The notes below the pieces were generated by a model that searched no databases, was not told the DNA's origin, and was given only the letters and a program-made list of their open reading frames with translations. A program made the position numbers and the translations under genes. Shown here piece by piece: positions 26,432-36,087 of a stretch of 55,892 nt of DNA; the first letter of the stretch is position 1, and the number at the start of each line of letters is the position of its first letter. Source of the DNA: Gonapodya sp. JEL0774 (taxonomy: Eukaryota); the NCBI GenBank assembly GCA_027604505.1, contig JADIIX010000144.1:1-55892 (forward strand), in the 5' to 3' direction.

Positions 26432-29400
26432 TCACGTCGGCACCTGAAATCCGAGCACACCAAAGGGAGCTTTGCCTTTCATTTTTGGCCTCAGAGGATC
26501 TGCAGGGTTTATCCAAATTCTATACAGTTCGTGCCGCACAGCAGGGGACAGCCTCCAAATGTCCCTGGTCACAACTAGTTCCTTTGTTGACGTTTTTGTT
26601 GAGGTGCACCTGCATTGGTGTTGCTTTGTTCCAAACTTTTTACCCCACCAAACCTTGTCCCTGCACCGTGGACATTCCCGAAGGGACCATTCCATCGACT
26701 GTGGATTTCCAACAACGTCTGCTACAGAAAGCATCTTTCTTCCTGTACGAAGAGAGAAGTTTGGTCTGATGGCTGTGGCATTTGGGATCTCCTGCTGCTC
26801 GCTGAACCCTGCTTGGTTGGCAAACACCACTGAGGGCCGGCCAGCTTCATTGTACAGCTGCAGTAGATGGTCAACCATAGCTCTCTTTGTGTAATCTTCC
26901 CATCCAGATTCTTCGCTACTGCGGTTCCTATTCCCGTTTAGTTTGGTGTAAACCCATGTGAATGGGTACACCTGCACCAGCGTTCCCAACTCCCGTCCAA
27001 GAGAGGTGAGCTCGGCACTTGCAGGTGGAAACACTTGACTTGCTGACAACAAGCCAAAGGCGGAGAGTTGGCTGGTGTCTTGCAGGAACGGAAAAATGCG
27101 CGGCACGTCCAGGACATCGTGTCCAAAAAGCACCAAGTTGTGCGACCCCTCCACATGAGGGCGCTGCTCACCACCCTTGCATTCATGATTCGCAGAAAGA
27201 CGTGTTTGTGGTGTCAACAGGTATCCACCCGTCGGACACCCGTCCACTGTGCAAACGCCCCATTGATATTGCATTGCCGGTCGTTTTGGGGCCACGTATG
27301 TCGGACTGACAAGCAAAGCAAGAGTCGTAGCAACAAATGCGGGATACCGTGGGTCGATTGGGTTCGAGGCCGTCCCGGTGGTTGTGGTGTTGCGTGGGTG
27401 GTCCGGAGCGACTGTGTGCCCAAGTGAGTTGGCGCTCCGATAAAACGCTCCACCTTCCTCCACACCACGGGCCCATATCACCCACTCTTGCCCGCAAGGT
27501 TCCATCTTCAATGGACAGGGAAAGTGGCGAGCAATGCGACGCCTCCCGTTCTCATAAGCGAACAAGTCAAGTGCTTCCGAGAACTCATTCAGCTGCAAGT
27601 CCCGCTCTCTTGAAAAGGGAGCACCTTCTGCAAGTCGTGGAAGCAGAGACTGACAGAGGGGTCGTCCATCTTGATCGAAATCATCCGAATCTCCGCAAAG
27701 GGAATCCGTGACGGAGGAGTCAGGTCTGGATCTGACCCTCAACGTCGACGAGGACAACGAGAGAGAGAAGAAGAGACAGAGGAGAAGGCAGATCCAGCAA
27801 TCAGGGAAGGGGATGGCACTGCATTGACATGATATAATTGGAAGTGAGGGGTGGGTGACGGGGGCTTGCTGTGGCCGACGGAAGGTCGGCTGGAGCCAAA
27901 CTCACTCGACAAACGACTGCTTGCCCTCAACGACTTGACGACAGCAGCATCCTGACGTAGCTCGCTTACGACCTCACTGAGTCTGGCCTTGATGTCGCGG
28001 ACAAGATCCATTTCCTCGAACTTGGCTAGAATCCCATCTAGCATCGGCCGAACCGCATCACTGCCACCACTATTAATCAAGGAAACCTTGCCCTGGAGTG
28101 TCGAAGAAGGGGAAAAAGATGATATGTGAGTTTGAATGAGATGATATGGTGGCGTTTCAGACCAAGATGACATGAAAACAGCACTCACCGCCTGCAAACA
28201 CGACCTGATGTGCAAATCCAACAACGTCCTGCGAAGAGTTTCAAGAGCAATCAGCTGGAGGTATTGGTCAGCGTACGCTGGGTCGTGCTTGAGGCAGCCG
28301 GGGTCAATGGCAGGAGATACGAGGCACCAATTTTCGTCGTGAGGGCCGTAACGGCACACAAACGTCCTTCCCACGAGCTCAAACAGACGGTCGTCGCACT
28401 GCAGGCTCTTCAGGCGAGTGCCATCTGTCCTTCCTGCTGTTCGCTGACCTCGCTCCCTCTCTGCCTTTTCAGGAAGCCTTTGATCTCCGAGTAGACCAAA
28501 CAGGAACACGGCAACGACACCCTCGCCGTGTGCAGTAACGTGCAGTGGACGAAGGACCATGAGTTGGCGCCGGAGGAAGAGAAGAGCGATGTAAAAGAAT
28601 CGATGGTCCGGAGTCGGAAGTGCATTGACAAAGGGACCGAAGACCAAGGTGAGCAAGAACAATGTGTCAAAGTTCCGGGTCCCATTTGCCGCATTGTTCA
28701 TGTACGCTTTTACTCCCTCCCAGATTCGAATGTTCACTTCGCGTGCTGTCCTCGGACCACTCCCTGCAAGTGGGTGGAAGAACGGAATTGTCCGCTGGAA
28801 ACCCTCGACCGTGACATCTTTGAACACATGGAAGGTCGATACACGTCCATGTATGGTCCGAATTGGATCGGCAATCTGGGCAAGGGCCAAGTCAAGCTGC
28901 GAACGAACGTCTGTGAGTCCAAAGGACGCCGCAAACCCGTCGGTTTCGTGGAGGTACAGTGTTTGGAGCTGATTCTGCAAATCTTGAACCCCCTGGTCGG
29001 TCGGAGCTAGTTGGGGAGGAGAAGCAAGGTGGGTGCTCAGACATCTGAGTCTTTTCACCAAAGCGCAACTCAATATGCTCTTAGCCAGCCTCTGTTTGAA
29101 ACATACCTTGTTCTTTCACCAGCTCTCTAGTGTTCTCCAAACACTCAATCATGTACTCGGTTGAGTTGTCGATTGCTTCCAACACCTCTGGCCTCAACGC
29201 AACTCTTCGATAGAACCCACCAAAAGCCGAGTTCATGGCATCAGGATTGATGGCGAGTATCATTGCGTCTTCAATGTCTCCGAGAAACTCCAGTACAGGT
29301 TCCGGTCTATCTCCGCACCACTCGGGAATCTCAACTACGACCAATGTTCTGGCCATCATTCGTGCGAGCACCAGGTGAGTGGAACTGTCATCGTCAACGT

Positions 29401-30566
29401 TGTCTTCCTCGGAGTGGTTTTTGAGAACTTGCCCCACAATTCCCAGGAAGTTGGTGATTCGGACTCGAGACTCCGTGCTCGCCATGTCGTAAGCCATCCT
29501 CTCCAACCCATTGTATACTCGGGATATGCCAGCGTAACGAAAAGAAAAACTTTCGCTATCTTGTGGGACTGACAATACCATATCCTTTCCCATGTTCCCC
29601 ACCTCACCAGCAACACCGTATGGGCCACCATCTTCGAGAATAAGTCCATCCACAAACCCTGCAACCTCTGTGGAGACGCCTTCGTCCGCCAGACGCATGG
29701 AATTTCGACGTTCTCTGTCCACCCCGATAGCGTCTGAGAGTGAAGCCATCGCAACAACAGCCCACGGGGAGTCCCCGGGTTTGGCTTGGATGTACATCTC
29801 CAACGCTTCCTCGGCCTCCTCGCGAGTCAAGCGCAACTCGCGCACATAGATTTGTGCATAGTTGGACATGCTTTTGATGGGGAACCGACAATTGGTGAGT
29901 TGCAGATTCAAATCCTTGCTGGATCTTGTGTGCAACTCACCCGACACTTGTCCCCATGTCACCGGCAGTAAAATCCCCCGCGCTCGGATCAATTTGAATG
30001 TCGTACCAATCCTCGAGGCTCTCTGGCACAGGAATCGGTGTCGGTGGGTCCGAGATGGCACTGGTGAGGTCACCGGCGAAGAAGGGTTTGGGACGCAGCT
30101 CAGCGCCCGCGTCGCGAACATCATCTTTGAGACGCAATGTGACACGCGGGATGTGTTGGACGGAGGATTTGGAACGCGAAGATGGCAGAACGAGGTGAGT
30201 GAGCAAGTGGTCGGCGATGCGGGTGAAGATGCAGGAGGTGATGGAGGGGGGTACAGGTATGGACGTGCCACGACGGTAGTACTGTACGCGGTGGTGGAGG
30301 ACGCGCTGAAGGGCCTGAATTGCATCAGTCGATGAAGGGTTGTGATAATAGCTCTCCAGAACATTGGCCACCATTTCTCTGTCCGCTTCATAACGAGACA
30401 GGGATTCCTCTTCAAGTCCGCGCATGGCTTCAACTCGAAGAACCATCTTGGCGTGACGCTTCTTGGCGTGAAGTTTCTGGCGGTCTGTGGTGCGAGTCGC
30501 CGCGGTGCGAGCCTGACGAGCGAGGAAGGCTGCTTGGATGGGAGCAAGCGGTGCGGAGTGTTCCAT
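26432..30566 (-). pseudogene. ~1350-aa protein: helical N-term, GIY-YIG-like nuclease, family-4 UDG-like fold, two C-C-H-C zinc motifs; two frameshifts in this copy
   Basis: Intron 29871-29940 (GTGAG...AAAAG) joins ORF 29937-30566 in frame to MSNYAQIYVR. A 4-bp duplication at ~29085 (absent in copy 1) and a 2-bp slip in (TC)n at ~27765 break an otherwise continuous frame. Domain calls are by motif recognition only. Confidence 0.7.
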
Positions 30567-30718
30567 TGCAACAACGAGTGAAATTACGGGCGGGCTATAC
30601 GTGTGAGTGTTGGAGGAGGAGTGTTTCGAAATGGGCTTCGGTTTTTGCGAAAGGGATTCGGTGACAGGTCTCTGAGTGGTGGAGTCAGATTACCGTACAA
30701 GAGAATAGAAGAATCGAG

Positions 30719-30782
30719 TGGTTAGTGTATGTAGGAGAAAGACTGTATTCTGGTTAGTGTATGTAGGAGAAAGACTGTATTC
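30719..30782. repeat. 32-bp tandem duplication in the divergent promoter of copy 2
   Basis: TGGTTAGTGTATGTAGGAGAAAGACTGTATTC occurs twice here and once in copies 1 and 3. Confidence 0.9.
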
Positions 30783-30846
30783 CTATGATTCCGTGAGCAG
30801 ATTCTCGTAGTGCGAAAAAATTTGCGCGGAAATCCCACATTTTGCC

Positions 30847-31781
30847 ATGCGGAACGAGGATAACTCGGCACCCAGACGTTCCACGGCGTTCTCCCCACCG
30901 GTTTTCTATTCCAATTGGTCCATTCAATATTTTTTTCGGTGCTGAATCCTTCCCCAGATGTCCATTCTCTCAAATCAACAGGTTTCCAGTGTCCGATCCA
31001 CCGTTCCTCCGCCAGTGAGGATCCTCATCGCTACTTGGAACCTGACAGGGGACACGCGAGGAGCAAGGGCGGAAGAGGACTGTATTCGAGAGGAAAGAGA
31101 TACATACTCACTGGAATAGAGCAACGACAGACTGAACGTGTTTCGATTTCCGAAATTGGAGATATTATGAAGGTGCTTCTTGGTGCAGGGGTTTGTTGCC
31201 GCAAGATCAAAGGCTATCGATCCCGCCCTTACTGGCCCTTCCGCGTCGCGATTCCATTCCTGAGTGTGCTGAAGATCCAAACGAAAAAGATTTCGAGACG
31301 TTACTGTTCTGGTAAGTCCGCGTTCGCTTCTGTTTTCTCTTCCATACATTCATTATAGTTGATTGGACCGGTTGATGTGACGGACTCGTGGTATGGTCGG
31401 GAGGAAGGATCCGAGGATGGTTCTCCTCGGTCTATAACTGGCGTGTTCTGCGGAATTGTGGATGGAGAATCGCAGAATCCCATTACTAGACTATCTTGCA
31501 TGTCCTATGCAACAATGAAGTGGTGGAAGGTGGAGTTCAGAACTACCGATGGTGATGTTGCAGGTGTACCAGACATGAAGAAATTGGAGGAAAACCCAGA
31601 TTTGGGCGGGGATGTACAAGAGGAAACGTCTTTCCAACTTTTATATGTGCAGGAGGTTCTAATAAACTGTTTGGAATCACTCATTAGCTTCCTCCCCATC
31701 CATCCTGGCGAGATGATGAGGAGACTCCGGGATCACCCTGAACTCTCCTTCCATTACAACGTTTCAATATGCGTACTGTGA
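30847..31781 (+). pseudogene. Hypothetical protein, second gene of the repeated unit (divergent from the large gene)
   Basis: ATG at 30847 (MRNEDNSAP) conserved in all three copies; GTAAG...TTATAG intron ~31312-31358; 140-aa terminal exon; frame inconsistencies between copies. No family recognised. Confidence 0.5.
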
Positions 31782-31789
31782 ATAAAATG

Positions 31790-32310
31790 CTATTTGTACA
31801 GCAAATACATGTCATTTCTACTCTTTGAAACCACTCCCACCCCCATCTCCCGCTTCTGCACTTCTCCATCGCCCCATTCGCTCTTCTCACTCTCAACTGC
31901 TTTGCCCACCGAGAGAAAGAACTCACCTTCGCCTGTTGACTCCCTCAACTAGTATCGAAGACATGTTCTGGAGTTCCCGGTGACTGTGGAGGACATTCAG
32001 AAGTGTAGAACTGAATCGCCGTGTACGAAACCAGCCAACTCACTCGAACATGAAGCAAGCTGCGTAGACGCGTATCAATTTTATTTTCTCTTACGATGGA
32101 TTGCACATTATCGGAGCCGTCTGAATCGGAGCAAGAGTGCCATCCATGGTTATGAACCCGTCCAACACGGTCCTCCTCCGGACCAAACCACGTGTCCATC
32201 AAATCAAACGGTCGAATCAGCTATTATGGACCAATGGAAGAGAAAACGCGAGCGAAAGTGCACTTACTTGTGCGATTCCGTTCTATTTGAAGTTCTGTCG
32301 AGCACATGAT
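31790..32310 (-). pseudogene. Hypothetical small third gene of the repeated unit, with stops
   Basis: Splice-like GTAAG donors (32094, 32268) and exon-like frames DLMDTWFGPEEDRVGRVHNHGW and GEFFLSVGKAVESEK; internal stops. Confidence 0.3.
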
Positions 32311-32541
32311 GGTACCTCCAAAGGGATTTGGGGAGATGGGAGGCCCGGGAACTAGAGGGGAATCGAGGAAAAATTCTGCATAAGAACGTGCGCGATGGTA
32401 ATTGGACAGGGGATGAGTGGGAAAAAGATTTATTTATTTTCATGCTCTTGCGACAAAGGGGCCAACCTTTACTGAAACAGCTGTAATAAATACAAATTAT
32501 TTATATCTATTAGTTAGGCTTGCGTTTTTAAGAAATATCGG

Positions 32542-32613
32542 TGCCTTATAGTATAGTGGTCAATACACTGGACTTTGAATCCAGTAACCTGAGTTCGAAT
32601 CTCAGTAAGGCCT
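32542..32613 (+). tRNA. tRNA-Gln (anticodon TTG)
   Basis: Cloverleaf: acceptor GCCTTA/TAAGGC, D stem GTAT/ATAC, anticodon stem CTGGA-CTTTGAA-TCCAG, T stem CTGAG-TTCGAAT-CTCAG, discriminator T, followed by oligo-T Pol III terminator. Position 1:72 is a T:C mismatch. Confidence 0.93.
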
Positions 32614-32691
32614 TACTTTTGTTTTTTTCAACTTTCAGTTTTCCTGCTGAAATGAATTTTTCTTTGACCTGAAGGACAAAAAACTAACTAT

Positions 32692-33318
32692 TAGGGGATG
32701 TGCGCTACCCGTAATTACGAGTAAAAAATTACGAGTAGCACTTTGCCGTAAATTACGAGTACAGACATTTGTGTGCTTCTCGTAACTACGAGTAGACCAT
32801 TATCCGCGAATCATTATGAAAATGAACCCATCCACGCAATACCTGGCCAACAATTCGTCAGATGAAGATGAAGCAGCTTAGGGTAATATAACCCGCCCCT
32901 TGTCCCCATCCACGTGTTCCTCTTCCTCGTACTTGCAATCCCCCCCTTTTACCTCCACGGCCATGACTCCAGCCCCTCCCACGCGCCACCACCCTGTTAG
33001 ACTGTCCAGCATTGCCTGGGACTCCAAGAATTGCGCCGGCAAGGTCTGGGGGGGCTTGTGAGTTGCCGGACATGCTGCATAATTTGACACACCCGTCAGG
33101 GCAGAATCCAGCGCCAGCGGTTGCGGAAAAAGATTGAAATGTAACTTATGGTATCTTGGAAGTTCTGAGATGTGATGGTATGGCAGGATGGCTCTTGGTG
33201 AGCTGAGAAAATATGTATACGGGTAGCAGTTTTCTACTCGTTATTTTGAGATTCAGTTTTTACGAGTAAGTCATACAAAATATTGCACCTGTAATTTACG
33301 TGTAGCGCACATGCCCTA
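32692..33318. mobile_element. 627-bp MITE, hAT-like termini
   Basis: TIR TAGGGGATGTGCGCTACCCGTAA vs TTACGTGTAGCGCACATGCCCTA (2 mismatches in 23); repeated subterminal TTACGAGTA motifs; no 8-bp TSD visible. Confidence 0.85.
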
Positions 33319-33544
33319 ATATATCAATAGTTTGTATCTATTACAGCAGCTGGCCCCTTTGTCCCAAGAGCATGAAAATAAATCCATCTTTCTCCCACCC
33401 ATTCCCTGTCCAATTACCATCGCGCACGTTCTTCTGCATATTTTTTCCTCGATTCCCCTCTAGTTCCCCAGCCTCCCATCTGCCCCAATCCCTTTGGTGG
33501 TACCGTCATGTCCTCGAGAGAACTTCAAATAGGACGGAATCCAT

Positions 33545-33862
33545 TTCCATGGTTTGTATTCACACTGAGAATCAAAATCAAGGGAACTTTTACCCTTTTG
33601 TTCTACACGAGATTTCTGTGTTCTCGTTGAGTTCCCCTTAGGACACCTGCGTTATCTTTTAACAGATGTGCTGCCCCAGCCAAACTCCCCACCTGACAAT
33701 GTCTTCAACCCAGATTAGCCCGCAAAGGATCTTAAAGCAAGAAAGTGGGTTACCCCAATTCTGCTTGATTGAATAAGTAGAAAAACGATGGGGGTAGTGG
33801 TATTTCACCGGCGCTGAAGCTCCCACTTATTCTACACCCCCCATGTTTTTTCACAATGTCAA

Positions 33863-33899
<37 letters not shown>

Positions 33900-33924
33900 G
33901 ATTTTGCCAAGCCCGTTCCCTTGG

Positions 33925-33955
<31 letters not shown>

Positions 33956-34019
33956 TGGGAATCTCGTTAATCCATACATGCGTGTCACTAATTAGATGAC
34001 GACGCATTTGGCTACCTTA
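33545..34019 (-). rRNA. Dispersed 28S (LSU) rDNA fragment, pseudogene
   Basis: Reverse complement of conserved LSU sequence: TAAGGTAGCCAAATG.GTCGTCATCTAATTAGTGAC...GAAAGAAGACCCTGTTGAGCTTGACTCTAG...; carries substitutions. Confidence 0.97.
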
Positions 34020-34282
34020 CTTTTACACCTGGGAAACAATGAAGTCCTAAACAGCATGTATATGTGCAACAATAAAGTACAAGAGAAACTGCTATTTGAA
34101 GTCCGTGTCCCTTTCTACAAAAACTGGCTTTCGAGTAGTGCTTAATTTCGGAGATGTCTGGTGTAGTGGGGCTGTCACTACGTATCAGTCTCAGCCCTCT
34201 ATGACGGGATGGTGGCCTAGTGATAGGCCTGGAGTATGAGATGATGTGAAGTGTGATCCTATTATGTTGTGGTAGTTGGGCC

Positions 34283-35208
34283 TTATATACATGTGCAAGG
34301 TGTCAATATCACAACACTTCCAGTGGTGGCAATACGAGTGATTGCAAAGCTGGATTGGTGTCGGGTGGAAGAGTGGCTACTATCCTCAGAGTCACAGAGT
34401 ACTTGGTTGATTGCACCCGTTGCTGCCACTGCAGGAGGTGCTTCAACAGTGTCACTTCCACCTAACGGATTTGTGCGCATATTGAAAGACACCAAACCAG
34501 ACAGCAAGGTGCAGAAACTCACCTTCATCATCATCCAGATCATCTTTGTTGTCAGTATCCTTGTCTGTTTCCTGAGGGTAATTTCCGCAGTACTCAACCA
34601 AATCCTCGTTCTCCTTCAGATCGGTCGCATTCTGAGCATGTGCCCCAGTCGCTGCAAATGACCCAAAGAGTCTGTCTGCTTCTTTGAATAGAGGCCGCCC
34701 ATTCTCACGGAATACTAGGGCGTCCTTGTTGTGCTGCGGCGGGGGCGACGGTGCTGGTGGGTAGAATCACCACAACCGTGAGCTGCAAACTCACCTCAGC
34801 AAACTCTTGCCATGCTTCCAGTGTCATCGTCACTCTTGGTGGTGGCCCTGGGCTGAATCCGGCACTGCTTTGCTCCAGAGCCTTCACGAAAGTAGTGTGG
34901 ATGCGTTTCAGCTGGCCATTCTTTCGCTTCAGTTGGCCTTTGTTCATCAAGCATCCCGTCCGCGAATTGAACTCTGCGATAATGATCTTCCATGTTGGTC
35001 CTTTCCACTTGCTCGCTGCTTGTTCCCTCTCGTGGGCAAGGAGTACCTTCAGTAGAGTCCTCTCCCTGTCTCCAGTCTTCCATGTAGCTTGCTCCACACT
35101 CAATTCCCCGACGTCTTCCTCCATCATTGAACCTGTATCATCTGTCGCTGGGGCCTTGCGTTTCTTGATGGGCTTTGATGCGCCTTCAGTGCTCTTCTTT
35201 GGGGGCAT
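34283..35208 (-). CDS. Myb/SANT-like DNA-binding protein of the PIF/Harbinger ORF1 type (possibly truncated)
   Basis: ATWKTGDRERTLLKVLL...WKGPTWKIIIAEFNSRTG...QLKRKNGQLKR...SAGFS...EAWQEFAE|HNKDALVFRENGRPLFKEADRLFGSFAATGAHA, the Myb_DNA-bind_3 pattern; two GT-AG introns. Confidence 0.75.
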
Positions 35209-35660
35209 TCGATGATGGTGTAGAAAAACCGATTGAAAAATTGTCTCCAAGTCGATTTTTTGTGTGATTAGAAAAATCCGATTATTGTGGATGGCCATCT
35301 TTGTCGCCGAACACCACCAAAAACCGAAAATTCATGATAATCAATTATCCCCTAAAAAACTGGTTTTTACCCCGTGAAAAGCCATTGCCGAACAAGGCCT
35401 AAGACAGACTGACACCTTACGGCGCGCTACACAGGCTGTTCCAAGGATCACTCCCTGGGAGCTCCGCTCGGGATTGGCATAGACACCAGAGGCGTCCTGA
35501 GCTTTCCCCAAACCAGGTTGTCTTGCCATCGGTAACCTGCAGATGTTTACCGATTTGACTAGCGATTGGTCGAAGTTCAAATGAACATTGGTTAAGATTG
35601 CGTCGCTTTTGCCACCAGGTTCCCATGCATTGTTTTCTTAACTTTGTATGTTATTGAAGT

Positions 35661-36087
35661 TTAGTGGGTGAACAATCCAACTGTTGTGGCTCGCGGCGGA
35701 ACCGCTGGGTTTCTGTCCCGAAACTCAATGTGTATGTCTGAACTCTCCTACAATGTGTCACTGAACGGTTACAGCTGAGCCGCCCACACAACTAAGATCA
35801 CCAGAAAAAAATCTAAAAACTACTCTATACGCATCTATATACTAATAGATATCACATCTATCCAAGGAACAGGCGATGCAACCAGGGGTGACTCGTGGAG
35901 GTGAACGGGGAGGACTGCTGAAGTGCTCGCAGGGTCACGTGACTCCAGCTAAACACCCGCTTTTAGCCGTCGTCTCACAACACAACACTTTAAGAATTCT
36001 GCTTCTTAATGATAGGAGGAGCCGACATCGAAGGATCAAAAAGCAACGTCGCTATGAACACTTGGCTGCCACAAGCCAGTTATCCCT
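35661..36087 (-). rRNA. Second dispersed 28S rDNA fragment, split by a solo LTR
   Basis: TTAGTGGGTGAACAATCCAAC, then after the LTR ...GATAGGAGGAGCCGACATCGAAGGATCAAAAAGCAACGTCGCTATGAACACTTGGCTGCCACAAGCCAGTTATCCCT, matching the reverse complement of LSU domain V. Confidence 0.95.
35682..35982. mobile_element. Solo LTR (301 bp) with 4-bp TSD CAAC
   Basis: TGTTGTG...CACAACA termini; CAAC at 35678-35681 and 35983-35986; removing it restores continuous rDNA. Confidence 0.9.

Larger units (their letters stand above)
26305..32517. repeat. Copy 2 (most complete) of ~6.2 kb repeated unit carrying three gene-like regions
   Basis: Direct repeat of 21107-24680 and inverted repeat of 32684-33544 plus 36088-37700. 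Confidence 0.93.

Noticed and set aside
26300..32540. TTAA near both ends of copy 2 suggesting a piggyBac/Kolobok element
   Set aside because: No convincing TIRs inside the TTAA sites, and copy 3 homology stops before the right TTAA.
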